Positions 18,831-27,414 of a stretch of 57,404 nucleotides of DNA are shown here, piece by piece. Location of the stretch: the NCBI GenBank assembly GCA_001798165.1, contig MGRL01000004.1, positions 1,922 through 59,325 of the forward strand. The letters are read 5' to 3'. Both the position numbers and the translations under genes were made by a program. Each line of letters starts with the position of its first letter. The stretch's first letter is position 1. Origin of the DNA: Deltaproteobacteria bacterium RIFCSPHIGHO2_02_FULL_43_33. GTDB taxonomy: Bacteria > Desulfobacterota > GWC2-55-46 > UBA9637. Below the pieces are notes generated by a model. It saw only the letters and a list, made by a program, of their open reading frames with translations, was not told the DNA's origin and searched no databases.

Positions 18831-19664
18831 GTGTCGGCTGGTTTCTATAACCACAGGGAAGTGGAAAAGGGTTTTGGCACAACGGTCATAATTTCTCTTT
18901 GCCTGCACATTATTTCCTTAGGTATTCTCCTTTTGTTTTCAAATAACAACGTATTACATCTGTTTACAGCGCCTGTTTATACCGTTGATCTTATTGGACA
19001 GCTGCCGGCAGAAAGGCCAATAGAGACATCTTTAAAGCCTGAAAAGCCAGAGGCTGTAATCCCAAAGGCCGCCTCAAAACCTGCTGTCAAGGAAAAGGCT
19101 ATTCCTCTGAAAAAGGAAAAGGAGGCATCTATAGATGAAGCGTTAAAAAAGATAAGAGAGCAGGTAAAGAAGAGGGAAGAAAGCGAGGCAGTCAATAAGG
19201 CAATCCGGAAACTGGAAGATAAGCAGTTGGAAAAAAAGATAAAAGAGATACGAGAGAGGGTTGTTCATAAGGAAGATATTGTGAGGCCGGTTAAGCCTGC
19301 CCCCGAGAGTATTAATCGGGGAACCAAAGCAGAAGGCAGGGAATTATCAGAGAGAGGGGCTGCGATAATGCGGGTTAAGGAGATAGAAGAAAAATATGCC
19401 CAGCTTATAGGCGATGTAATTCATGATACATGGAATTATGGAGGCGATTTTAGGGAAGGTGAAGCTGCGGTGATAGCTGTGCGCATAGATAAGACAGGCC
19501 GCCTCATTGAAAGCCATATCGAACAATCATCGGTTAATATAATGCTTGTCCAATCTGCTGTCAGGGCAATAGAAAGGGCAGCCCCGTTATTTCCGCCGTT
19601 TCCCAAGGAGTTAGAAAAGGATTTTGTAGAGATTGGCGTCTGTTTCCCTGGATGTAAAAGATAA
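18831..19664 (+). CDS. tolA: TolA/TonB-like energy transducer
   Basis: N-terminal TM helix, K/E-rich linker and a TonB_C-like C-terminus. Located between tolR and tolB. Confidence 0.75.
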   Translation: MSAGFYNHREVEKGFGTTVIISLCLHIISLGILLLFSNNNVLHLFTAPVYTVDLIGQLPAERPIETSLKPEKPEAVIPKAASKPAVKEKAIPLKKEKEASIDEALKKIREQVKKREESEAVNKAIRKLEDKQLEKKIKEIRERVVHKEDIVRPVKPAPESINRGTKAEGRELSERGAAIMRVKEIEEKYAQLIGDVIHDTWNYGGDFREGEAAVIAVRIDKTGRLIESHIEQSSVNIMLVQSAVRAIERAAPLFPPFPKELEKDFVEIGVCFPGCKR

Positions 19665-20992
19665 TGAAATACATAGTACTATTTTTTAAATGTTATACAT
19701 TCTCTTTAATCATTCTCTTTCTTGCCGTATTCCCATTGCCTGGCCATGCCAAGGTCTATATAGACATAAATGCCCCTGTCGGCAAGAAACTGCCAATCGC
19801 TATTCCAGATATAAAAGATATAAGCGGTTTGGATACATCATCTGATATTGGCGCTAAACTGCGGGATGTGCTTGTCCATGATATGGAAACGGCTGACATA
19901 TTTAATATCCTTGATAAAAAGGCATATATAGAAGACCCCAACAAAAAATCCGAGGGTATAGATTTCAAGGACTGGAAGGTCATAGGCGCGGATTTTTTAG
20001 TAAAAGGCAATTTCCTTATAGACGGAGAGCAGCTGACAGTGGAATTAAAGCTCTTTGATGTATTCCAGGAAAAGCTCATTATAGGCAGGAAGTATATAGG
20101 CAGAAAGATAAATACGAGGGCTATAGCGCATAAATTTGCAGATGATGTAATGGAAGCAATGACCGGCGAAAAAGGGGTTTTTAATACAAGGCTCTTATTT
20201 GTTTCAAGCGCATCCGGCAATAAAGAGATATATATATCTGATTATGACGGGTATAATGCGGCGCAGGTTACAAAGAATAACGCAATCAATCTTTCTCCTC
20301 ACTGGTCGCCAGATGGAAAGAAGATTCTATACACCTCTTATAAAGAAGGACAGCCGTATCTGTATATGCTGGAACTTACGACTAACAGAGAGATAAAAAT
20401 ATCCAGTCAGATAGGCGTGAATATAGGCGCCAGGTGGTCTCCCTTGGGAAAAGATATAGCCCTTACTTTAAGCAAGGACGGCAACCCTGAGCTGTATATA
20501 ATGAGGCTTGACGATATGAAATTGAGAAGACTTACAAATAACTGGGCAATAGATGTATCTCCGAGCTGGTCGCCTGACGGAAGGAGGCTCGTCTTTGTGT
20601 CTGATATAGGTGGAAATCCGCATATCTATATGATAAGCTCTGACGGAACAGGGCTTACCCGTCTTACCTATGAAGGCAAATATAACGCAGCGCCTGCCTG
20701 GTCGCCAAAGGGCGATAAAATTGCATTCTCAAGGTTGGATGGAGGAAAGTTTGACATCTGGGTTATGAACACCGACGGTGCAGGCGAAGCCAGGCTTACA
20801 TCAAACAGCGGAGATAATGAAAACCCTTCATGGTCGCCCGACGGCAGATATATAACATTTACATCTACAAGAAGCGGCAGCGCAAAGATTTATATAATGT
20901 GGAGTAACGGAGAAAATCAGAGACAGATAAAAGTTGAGAATTTGGAGAAAGGGAGTCAGACCGCTCCTTCCTGGTCGCCGTATTTGGAATAA
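19664..20992 (+). CDS. tolB: TolB beta-propeller protein
   Basis: Signal peptide followed by repeated WSPDG propeller blades. Confidence 0.92.
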   Translation: MKYIVLFFKCYTFSLIILFLAVFPLPGHAKVYIDINAPVGKKLPIAIPDIKDISGLDTSSDIGAKLRDVLVHDMETADIFNILDKKAYIEDPNKKSEGIDFKDWKVIGADFLVKGNFLIDGEQLTVELKLFDVFQEKLIIGRKYIGRKINTRAIAHKFADDVMEAMTGEKGVFNTRLLFVSSASGNKEIYISDYDGYNAAQVTKNNAINLSPHWSPDGKKILYTSYKEGQPYLYMLELTTNREIKISSQIGVNIGARWSPLGKDIALTLSKDGNPELYIMRLDDMKLRRLTNNWAIDVSPSWSPDGRRLVFVSDIGGNPHIYMISSDGTGLTRLTYEGKYNAAPAWSPKGDKIAFSRLDGGKFDIWVMNTDGAGEARLTSNSGDNENPSWSPDGRYITFTSTRSGSAKIYIMWSNGENQRQIKVENLEKGSQTAPSWSPYLE

Positions 20993-21042
20993 ACGGTTTA
21001 ATAGAGGAACAGCTTTTATATACAACGACATAAATAGTTCAG

Positions 21043-21168
21043 CATACAGAGCGTCAGAACACAGCAGACCAAGGCGCGACGAAGATGAGGAGTGAGGCGT
21101 ATTTTTATGATACGCCGCAACGACGAATCAAGGAGCAACGCAGGTATGCAAAGTTATGACGCTCTGTA
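21043..21168. repeat. intergenic palindromic structure between tolB and pal
   Basis: ATACAGAGCGTCA (21044-21056) pairs with TGACGCTCTGTAT (21157-21169). Inner hairpin GGCGTAT..ATACGCC lies at about 21094-21114, flanked by two ACGAAnnnnAGGAG direct repeats. Confidence 0.7.
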
Positions 21169-21237
21169 TAGGTAACAAAAATCACAGCAATACCTTTTTC
21201 AATCTGTATAATCAGTCATAACCATAAGGAGGAGAAG

Positions 21238-21876
21238 ATGAAGATAAATTATTTGTTCAAATTTACATTGGTAATGACGGTTTCCTTTTTTTTGGCTACC
21301 GGATGCATGAAGGTTGTAAAGGAAGAGGAGACGGTTGGGAAATCAGCGCAGCCTTCGGAACAGCCTAAAGAGGAGAAGCCGGCAGCGCCTAAGGAAGAGG
21401 TCGCTATTGCTCCAAAAGAGGAAAAGGTAGAGGCGCAGCCTGTGCAAGAAACGCCGCAGCCGGAGGTATCTGCCAAGGAAGAAAAAGAATCGTCGGCGAA
21501 AGCAGAGGCAGGCGATGAGGTGAGCGAGGCGGCAGCAAAGAAAGGGATGTTGTTGACTGTATATTTTGACTTTGACAGATTTACCATTAGAGATGATATG
21601 AAATCTACTCTGGAGAAAGATGCAGAATGGCTTAAGAAAAATCAAAATATTAATATTCGGGTTGAGGGGCACTGTGATGAAAGGGGCACGAATGAATATA
21701 ATATTGCATTAGGCGATAGAAGGGCCCAGAGCATAAAAGAATATCTCATCAATTACGGTATAGCCCAGTCAAGGCTGTCCACCATAAGCTACGGCGAGGA
21801 AAAACCCGTAGACCTTGACCATACTGAAGAGGCATGGACTAAAAATAGAAGGGGAGAACTTGTAATCGTCAAGTAG
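21238..21876 (+). CDS. pal: peptidoglycan-associated lipoprotein Pal
   Basis: Lipobox LATGC. OmpA_C domain (VYFDFDRFTIRDD...NEYNIALGDRRA). Confidence 0.92.
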   Translation: MKINYLFKFTLVMTVSFFLATGCMKVVKEEETVGKSAQPSEQPKEEKPAAPKEEVAIAPKEEKVEAQPVQETPQPEVSAKEEKESSAKAEAGDEVSEAAAKKGMLLTVYFDFDRFTIRDDMKSTLEKDAEWLKKNQNINIRVEGHCDERGTNEYNIALGDRRAQSIKEYLINYGIAQSRLSTISYGEEKPVDLDHTEEAWTKNRRGELVIVK

Positions 21877-21884
21877 ATTATGCA

Positions 21885-22913
21885 ATGCTACGGGAACAAG
21901 GGTGTGTTATGAAAAAAGCCAGTGGTCATAACACGATGAAACGGAGAAACGGAGAAACGGAGAAACGGAGAACTATAATCCACGATTCCCCGATTCCCCG
22001 ATTCACCGCTTCGTTCACTTTTTTTTTACTGTTCACTGCCTTTACTGGCTGCATTGCCATTACCCCGGAAGAAGACCCTGTGAAGAAGGATATGAATAGC
22101 TTGAGGCAGGATATAGCAACCCAGCAGCAAAGACTTGCCTCTCTTGAGGAGGCTGTGAAAAAGGGGTTAGAGCTTCAAAAAAAGAGGCTTGAAGCTGCAG
22201 AGGATACAGGCTCAAAAGATAAGGCAAATATCAAGGCGTCTCTTGACAAGATCAGGGAGGATATGGTCTTTTTGAGCGGAAAATGTGATGAGGTAGAGGC
22301 GGCTGTAAAAAAGGGGCGTGAAGAAACTGCCGGACTGCGGGAAAAGAGCGCTGATAAAAAGGAGTTTGACAATAAGTTGGTTTTGGCGCAAAATCAGCTT
22401 GCGGCAATAGAAAAGAGACTGACATCATTGGATGAAAGAATTGTTGTATTGGAGCATCCAAAACCATCTCCTGTGCAGGAAGAAACGCAGAAGGAGCCTG
22501 ATAAAAAAGATGCAAAACCTCCGAAACCGGATACGTTGTATAGCGAGGCCCTAACGCTTGCAAAGGATAAAGAATATTCAGATGCTATTGAGAAATTTAC
22601 AAAGTTTATTTCTCTTTTCCCTGAGCATGACCGTGCTCAAAATGCCCAATATTGGATAGGTGAAATGTATTATGCGCAGAAAGATTATGAGCGGGCAGTA
22701 TTGGAGTTTAATGAGGTAGTAAAGAAATATCCAAAAGGTAAAAAAGTCCCTGCCGCGCTCCTGAAACAGGGAATGGCCTTTTACGAGCTTGGGAATAAAA
22801 AAGAGGCAAGGCTTGTTCTGGAAAAGGTTATGGATAAATATCCCAAAACAGAAGAGGCAAATACGGCAAAAAAGGTATTGAAGAAAATCGAATCAGGAGG
22901 TCTGTTGAGGTGA
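21885..22913 (+). CDS. cpoB: Tol-Pal associated TPR protein CpoB/YbgF (lipoprotein-like leader)
   Basis: Coiled coil plus a C-terminal YbgF-type TPR region (AQYWIGEMYYAQKDYERAVLEF). Possible starts at 21885, 21909 and 21936, all upstream of the repeat-encoded leader FTGC. Confidence 0.8.
   Translation: MLREQGCVMKKASGHNTMKRRNGETEKRRTIIHDSPIPRFTASFTFFLLFTAFTGCIAITPEEDPVKKDMNSLRQDIATQQQRLASLEEAVKKGLELQKKRLEAAEDTGSKDKANIKASLDKIREDMVFLSGKCDEVEAAVKKGREETAGLREKSADKKEFDNKLVLAQNQLAAIEKRLTSLDERIVVLEHPKPSPVQEETQKEPDKKDAKPPKPDTLYSEALTLAKDKEYSDAIEKFTKFISLFPEHDRAQNAQYWIGEMYYAQKDYERAVLEFNEVVKKYPKGKKVPAALLKQGMAFYELGNKKEARLVLEKVMDKYPKTEEANTAKKVLKKIESGGLLR
21938..22007 (+). repeat. octamer tandem arrays: GAAACGGA x4 perfect (21938-21969), then GATTCCCC x2 plus GATTCACC (21984-22007)
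   Basis: Direct reading. Lies inside the cpoB 5' coding region, between the start codon and the signal peptide. Confidence 0.9.
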
Positions 22914-23872
22914 AGGAAAGGACCATTTTAATAGTTGATGATTCGCCGGCTGTCAGGCAACTGATAAAAACTACAGTCATGAACAGCGGTTTGTTTTCTA
23001 ATATCCTTGAGGCAGAGAATGGGATGGAGGCTCTAAAAGTTTTTTTTAAAAGCAAGGTGGATTTTATAGTTACCGATGTAATGATGCCTGGGGTTGACGG
23101 CTATAAGTTTATATCCGCTATAAAAGACAGCGAGGCAGGAAAGGACATCCCTGTAATAATGCTGAGCGCAAGCAGGAAAGAGGTTGTTGATAAGATAAAG
23201 GGTCTAAAGATAGGGGCGAGCGATTATGTAATAAAGCCTTTTGACGGTCATGAGCTTGTGGCAAGGATGCATGTTTTTATCAAGCTTACAGAACTCCAGG
23301 AAGACTTGAAGGAGAAAAACGCCCTGCTGGAGAAGCTGTCTGTCACAGACGAACTGACCGGGCTCTATAATAGAAGATATTTTTATGACCACATAAGTAT
23401 GCATGTTGCGCTGGCAAAACGTCATGACTATCATATTGGATGTCTTATGATGGATATAGACCATTTTAAAAATGTAAACGATACCTTTGGCCATAATGTG
23501 GGCGATAAGGTGTTAAAAAAGGTAAGTAAGATAATGGCAGATAAGGTAAGGGAAGGAGAGATTGTGGCAAGGTTCGGCGGCGAGGAGTTTATTGTTTGTC
23601 TTTGCAGGGCAGATACAGAAGGCGCAATAAGCGCAGCAGAAAGGATGAGGAAGTCAGTGGAGAACAGTGACTTTTCTGAAGATAGCAGCAATCCTTTAAA
23701 AGTAACCATAAGTGTCGGAATAGCGATGTTTCCGCAGAAAGGGTTAAATAATGCGGATGACATCATAAAGGCGGCTGATGAGGCGCTCTACCATGCAAAG
23801 GAGGCAGGACGAAACAAGGCCATAGTTTATTCTGAATCACTAATATCGTCTAAAGACAAAAAGGAGGTATAG
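22910..23872 (+). CDS. response regulator receiver fused to a GGDEF diguanylate cyclase
   Basis: REC domain (ILIVDDS, VTDVMMPGVDG) and a GGDEF domain with GGEEF. GTGA overlap with cpoB. Confidence 0.9.
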   Translation: MKERTILIVDDSPAVRQLIKTTVMNSGLFSNILEAENGMEALKVFFKSKVDFIVTDVMMPGVDGYKFISAIKDSEAGKDIPVIMLSASRKEVVDKIKGLKIGASDYVIKPFDGHELVARMHVFIKLTELQEDLKEKNALLEKLSVTDELTGLYNRRYFYDHISMHVALAKRHDYHIGCLMMDIDHFKNVNDTFGHNVGDKVLKKVSKIMADKVREGEIVARFGGEEFIVCLCRADTEGAISAAERMRKSVENSDFSEDSSNPLKVTISVGIAMFPQKGLNNADDIIKAADEALYHAKEAGRNKAIVYSESLISSKDKKEV

Positions 23873-23873
23873 T

Positions 23874-24815
23874 ATGAAAACAGAAAGTCATCAGAAGTCG
23901 GGAGTCAGGGGACTGCCCCCGAATGCATCTATCGGGGGTCAGAAGCAGGTATGCAGTAGTCGGTATGCAGTATGCAGCAAAAACTTTGCCTGTCTGTTGA
24001 TGTTCACTATTTACTGCTCACTGTTTACTGTCTTGATGGGTTGCGGCATAAACAAGGATATTTATCAAAAGACAGTAGAAGAGTCTGAGGCAAGGAAGGC
24101 AGGCTTAGCAGAGGCTCAAAAACAGATTACAGCGCTCCAGGACGAAAATCAGCAATTAAAGTCTAAGACAGATGAGTTGGCAAAGCAGGCTGCTGATGCG
24201 GATGCTGTAACGAAAGAAAGAGAAGAGCTTGCAAGCAAAAATGAGTATATGAATAGGGAATTGGAGAGGTTAAAAGTAAAGGCAGGCGAGCTCAGCGCTG
24301 AAAAGGAAAAGGAGCTGGCAGGCGTAAAAAACACCTATGAGAAGCTCATCAGTGAAATGGAACAGGAAATAAAAAAAGGGGATATAAAGATTACTCAGGC
24401 TGTTGACAGGCTGTCTGTGAATATGGTGGAGAAGATACTCTTTGACTCAGGAAAGGCAGAGATAAAGCCGGAAGGCCTGAAAGTGCTTGACAGGGTAGGG
24501 GCAATATTAAAAGGCATAACTGACAAACAGATAAGGATAGAAGGGCATACAGACAATGTGAAGATAGGCTCTAAGATAAAAGAAAAATATCCAACAAACT
24601 GGGAGTTGTCTACTGCAAGGGCAACCAGCGTTGTGCGGTATCTTCAGGATAAGGTTGGTATAGATCCCCGACATTTGTCTGCTATTGGCTATTCAGAGTA
24701 TAAACCGATTGCCGGCAATGATACTACAGAGGGCAGGGCGCTGAACAGAAGGATGGAGATAGTGCTTCTGCCTCTGGATTTGGGGAGTGTGGTAGAGGAG
24801 TTGAAGAAGAAGTAG
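23874..24815 (+). CDS. OmpA/MotB-domain lipoprotein with a coiled coil
   Basis: AAGGAGG 6 nt before the ATG. Lipobox LMGCG. C-terminal OmpA_C (RIEGHTDN...NRRMEIVLLP). Confidence 0.85.
   Translation: MKTESHQKSGVRGLPPNASIGGQKQVCSSRYAVCSKNFACLLMFTIYCSLFTVLMGCGINKDIYQKTVEESEARKAGLAEAQKQITALQDENQQLKSKTDELAKQAADADAVTKEREELASKNEYMNRELERLKVKAGELSAEKEKELAGVKNTYEKLISEMEQEIKKGDIKITQAVDRLSVNMVEKILFDSGKAEIKPEGLKVLDRVGAILKGITDKQIRIEGHTDNVKIGSKIKEKYPTNWELSTARATSVVRYLQDKVGIDPRHLSAIGYSEYKPIAGNDTTEGRALNRRMEIVLLPLDLGSVVEELKKK
23885..24030 (+). repeat. composite element: degenerate GTC heptamers, hairpin core 23912-23937, GTATGCA-type heptamers (23949-23976), TTCACTA/TTTACTG heptamers (24003-24030)
   Basis: Direct reading. 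Lies inside the 5' coding region of the OmpA-like gene. Confidence 0.85.
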
Positions 24816-24821
24816 ATAAAT

Positions 24822-24919
24822 GTTAGAGGTATGAGGCTGGAAGAGAGAGGCGGGGGATACATGCTGGAGGTTAGAGGTTTGAGGCAAATGCCTTTGCCTC
24901 CAACACCCATCCTCTAACG
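24822..24919. repeat. palindromic heptamer composite (GTTAGAG-type arrays in inverted orientation) with central hairpin GAGGCAAATGCCTTTGCCTC (24881-24900)
   Basis: Direct reading. No U-tract follows, so this is not a canonical terminator. Confidence 0.7.
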
Positions 24920-24942
24920 TATTTGGTGTGCCCTTTTTAATA

Positions 24943-26079
24943 ATGAATTACCCTAATGTAGTTATTACTAAATGCAATGATTATGTTAATGAGGAGGTCT
25001 ATAGGACAATAAAAAGCTCTGTAGACCTCCTCGGCGGTATTGGGGCATTTGTAAAAAAAGGAGAACGTATACTTCTAAAGCCAAACCTCCTTTCTGCAAA
25101 CCCGCCTGAGGCGGCAATAACAACGCATCCTGCTGTGGTAGGGGCAGTAATACGGCTTGTCCAAGAGGCTGGGGCAGTTCCTCTTGTAGGCGACAGCCCC
25201 GGTATCGGCAGCGCTGTGAAGGTATCGCAGAAATGCGGCATTGCGGCAGTTGCAAAAGACTTAGGGGCTGAAGTAATAAACCTTTCTACATCGGTAGAAG
25301 TAGAAAATCCAAGTGGTAAGACCTTTAAGAGACTTGAGATAGCAAAAGAGTCCATGGAAGTTGATGGTATAATCAACCTACCAAAACTTAAAACCCACAC
25401 ACAGATGTTTTTAACCCTTGGCGTGAAAAATATGTTTGGCTGTGTTGTGGGCGCAAGAAAACCGCAGTGGCATATGGCAGCAGGCAGCGACAGTTATGCC
25501 TTTGCCCGGATGCTGATTGACACCTATCTATTTTTAAAACCAAGATTGACCATAGTTGATGGCATAGTGGGATTAGAGGGAGACGGGCCTGGAAGCGGAG
25601 GAGACCCGAGGCAAATAGGACTTCTATTTGCTTCTTCTGATTGTATAGCCATGGATAGAGTTGTCACAGAGGTTCTTGGAGGAAAGGCAAACGACCTTCC
25701 TACGACAAAGGTTGCAGAAGAGGATGATATTGGGGAAACAGATATATATAGGATAAATATCCTCGGAGAAAATATAGATGATGTCAGAATTTCTGATTTC
25801 AAATTTCCTCCCTTGGTTGGGATAGAATTTAAACTGCCATTATCTCTCCATAGCTATCTGCGGAACCCATTAACCGCGAGGCCGATTATAAACAACAAAG
25901 AATGCACTCTCTGCAATATATGTGTTGATATATGTCCTCCTAACATTATGACCAAAACAGACCGCATAAATATTGACTATGATAAATGCATAAGATGTTT
26001 CTGTTGCCTGGAGATGTGCCCTGAAGGGGCGATAAGTGTAAAAGACGGCTGGCTAAAGAGGATAATAAGCAGTTTGTAG
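24943..26079 (+). CDS. DUF362-family protein with a C-terminal 2x[4Fe-4S] ferredoxin domain
   Basis: CTLCNICVDICP and CIRCFCCLEMCP motifs. The N-terminal body resembles DUF362. The ORF opens at 24928. Confidence 0.7.
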   Translation: MNYPNVVITKCNDYVNEEVYRTIKSSVDLLGGIGAFVKKGERILLKPNLLSANPPEAAITTHPAVVGAVIRLVQEAGAVPLVGDSPGIGSAVKVSQKCGIAAVAKDLGAEVINLSTSVEVENPSGKTFKRLEIAKESMEVDGIINLPKLKTHTQMFLTLGVKNMFGCVVGARKPQWHMAAGSDSYAFARMLIDTYLFLKPRLTIVDGIVGLEGDGPGSGGDPRQIGLLFASSDCIAMDRVVTEVLGGKANDLPTTKVAEEDDIGETDIYRINILGENIDDVRISDFKFPPLVGIEFKLPLSLHSYLRNPLTARPIINNKECTLCNICVDICPPNIMTKTDRINIDYDKCIRCFCCLEMCPEGAISVKDGWLKRIISSL

Positions 26080-26166
26080 TAGAAGTTTGTAGCTTGCCCA
26101 TTTATGGGCGTCTTTAAAAAAGCCGATAAATCGGCAGGCTACATATATTTAAGGAGGATAAGGGGA

Positions 26167-27309
26167 ATGAAGGTATCATTATTAAATCTTAAGCTCCAGT
26201 ATCAGGGCATAAGAGAAGAGGTGTTAAAAGAGATTGAAAAGGTTTGCGATAATCAGTCATTTATACTTGGGGAAAATGTTGCTGGGCTGGAAAAGGAGAT
26301 AGCTCAGTATTGCAATACAAAATATGCTGTTGGCGTCGCCTCCGGAACAGACGCCATATTATTGCCGCTTATGGCTGTCGGCATCGGCGCCGGAGACAGG
26401 GTTATTACAACGCCGTATACATTCTTTGCCACAACAGGCTCTATTGTGCGGCTGAATGCAGTTCCGGTTTTTGTTGATATAGAACCGGATACATATAATA
26501 TTGACCCGAACAAATTGGAGTATATTATAAAAAAACAGACTGCGGCGCAAAGGGCGCGGCTCAAGGCCATTATCCCTGTTCATCTTTACGGCCAGTGCGC
26601 TGAAATGGAGCCAATTCTAAAAATAAGCAAGAAACATAAACTCACTGTGATTGAAGATGCGGCACAAACCATTGGCGCAGAATATAAAGGGAAGAGGGCA
26701 GGCTCTATGGGTGATTTTGGGAGCCTTTCATTCTATCCTTCAAAGAATCTTGGCGGTTTTGGAGACGGCGGCATGGTGACTACGAATAGCGAAAAACTGG
26801 CGGAAAAGGTCAGAATCTTGAGGGTGCACGGGAGCAAGCCAAAATACTATCATAAGTTTGTAGGCATAAACAGCAGGCTGGATGAGATACAGGCTGCGGT
26901 ATTAAGGATAAAATTAAAACATCTCGCAACATGGGAAAATAATAGAATGGCAGGAGCGGAGAGATATAACAAACTCTTTCAGGATGTAAGTCTTCCGAAC
27001 GCAGTTTCTCTTCCGGCAGCACGGCCATATAATCGCCATGTGTTCAATCAATATATTATCAGGGTTAAAAAACGGGATGCCTTAAGAGAGTATCTTGCCA
27101 AAGAATGCATAGGCACAGAAATATATTATCCTGTTCCATTGCACTTGCAAGAGTGTTTCAGATACCTTGGATATAAAAAAGGAGATTTTCCAGTATCTGA
27201 AAAGGCAGCCAAGGAGACTCTGGCGCTGCCTATCTATCCTGAACTTACACCGGAAGAGCAGGAATATGTAGTTAGCAAGATTGCTGAATTTTATAAGAAA
27301 ACAAGTTGA
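26167..27309 (+). CDS. DegT/DnrJ/EryC1/StrS-family PLP-dependent sugar aminotransferase
   Basis: GTDAILLPL, EDAAQTIGA and SFYPSKNLGGFGDGG (PLP lysine). AAGGAGG 9 nt before ATG 26167. Confidence 0.9.
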   Translation: MKVSLLNLKLQYQGIREEVLKEIEKVCDNQSFILGENVAGLEKEIAQYCNTKYAVGVASGTDAILLPLMAVGIGAGDRVITTPYTFFATTGSIVRLNAVPVFVDIEPDTYNIDPNKLEYIIKKQTAAQRARLKAIIPVHLYGQCAEMEPILKISKKHKLTVIEDAAQTIGAEYKGKRAGSMGDFGSLSFYPSKNLGGFGDGGMVTTNSEKLAEKVRILRVHGSKPKYYHKFVGINSRLDEIQAAVLRIKLKHLATWENNRMAGAERYNKLFQDVSLPNAVSLPAARPYNRHVFNQYIIRVKKRDALREYLAKECIGTEIYYPVPLHLQECFRYLGYKKGDFPVSEKAAKETLALPIYPELTPEEQEYVVSKIAEFYKKTS

Positions 27310-27379
27310 TGATTTGTCAAATGCGATTCAACATCCATCCGTGTTTTTTACCCATTATCAGAAATGTTTGCCAGAATAT

Positions 27380-27408
27380 TTGACTAAGGTCAAAAAAGAT
27401 GGTAAGTT
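27380..27408 (+). promoter_or_regulatory. sigma70-like promoter candidate for ATPase gene 1 (TTGACT, 17 nt, TAAGTT)
   Basis: The -10 ends 6 nt before ATG 27415 and no SD is present, so a leaderless mRNA is possible. Confidence 0.3.
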
Positions 27409-27414
27409 GTTTTC

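Noticed and set aside
9681-24030. Whether the tandem 7-8-nt arrays could be CRISPR arrays
   Set aside because: The units are only 7-8 nt long, contiguous and without spacers, and they lie mostly inside ORFs. No cas genes are present, so they are not CRISPR.
17677-24815. TolQ/TolR (MotAB-like) plus the OmpA/MotB-like lipoprotein as a Zorya-type defence system
   Set aside because: The genes sit in the canonical tolQ-tolR-tolA-tolB-pal-cpoB order with housekeeping features. No ZorC/ZorD-like helicase or nuclease genes are present.
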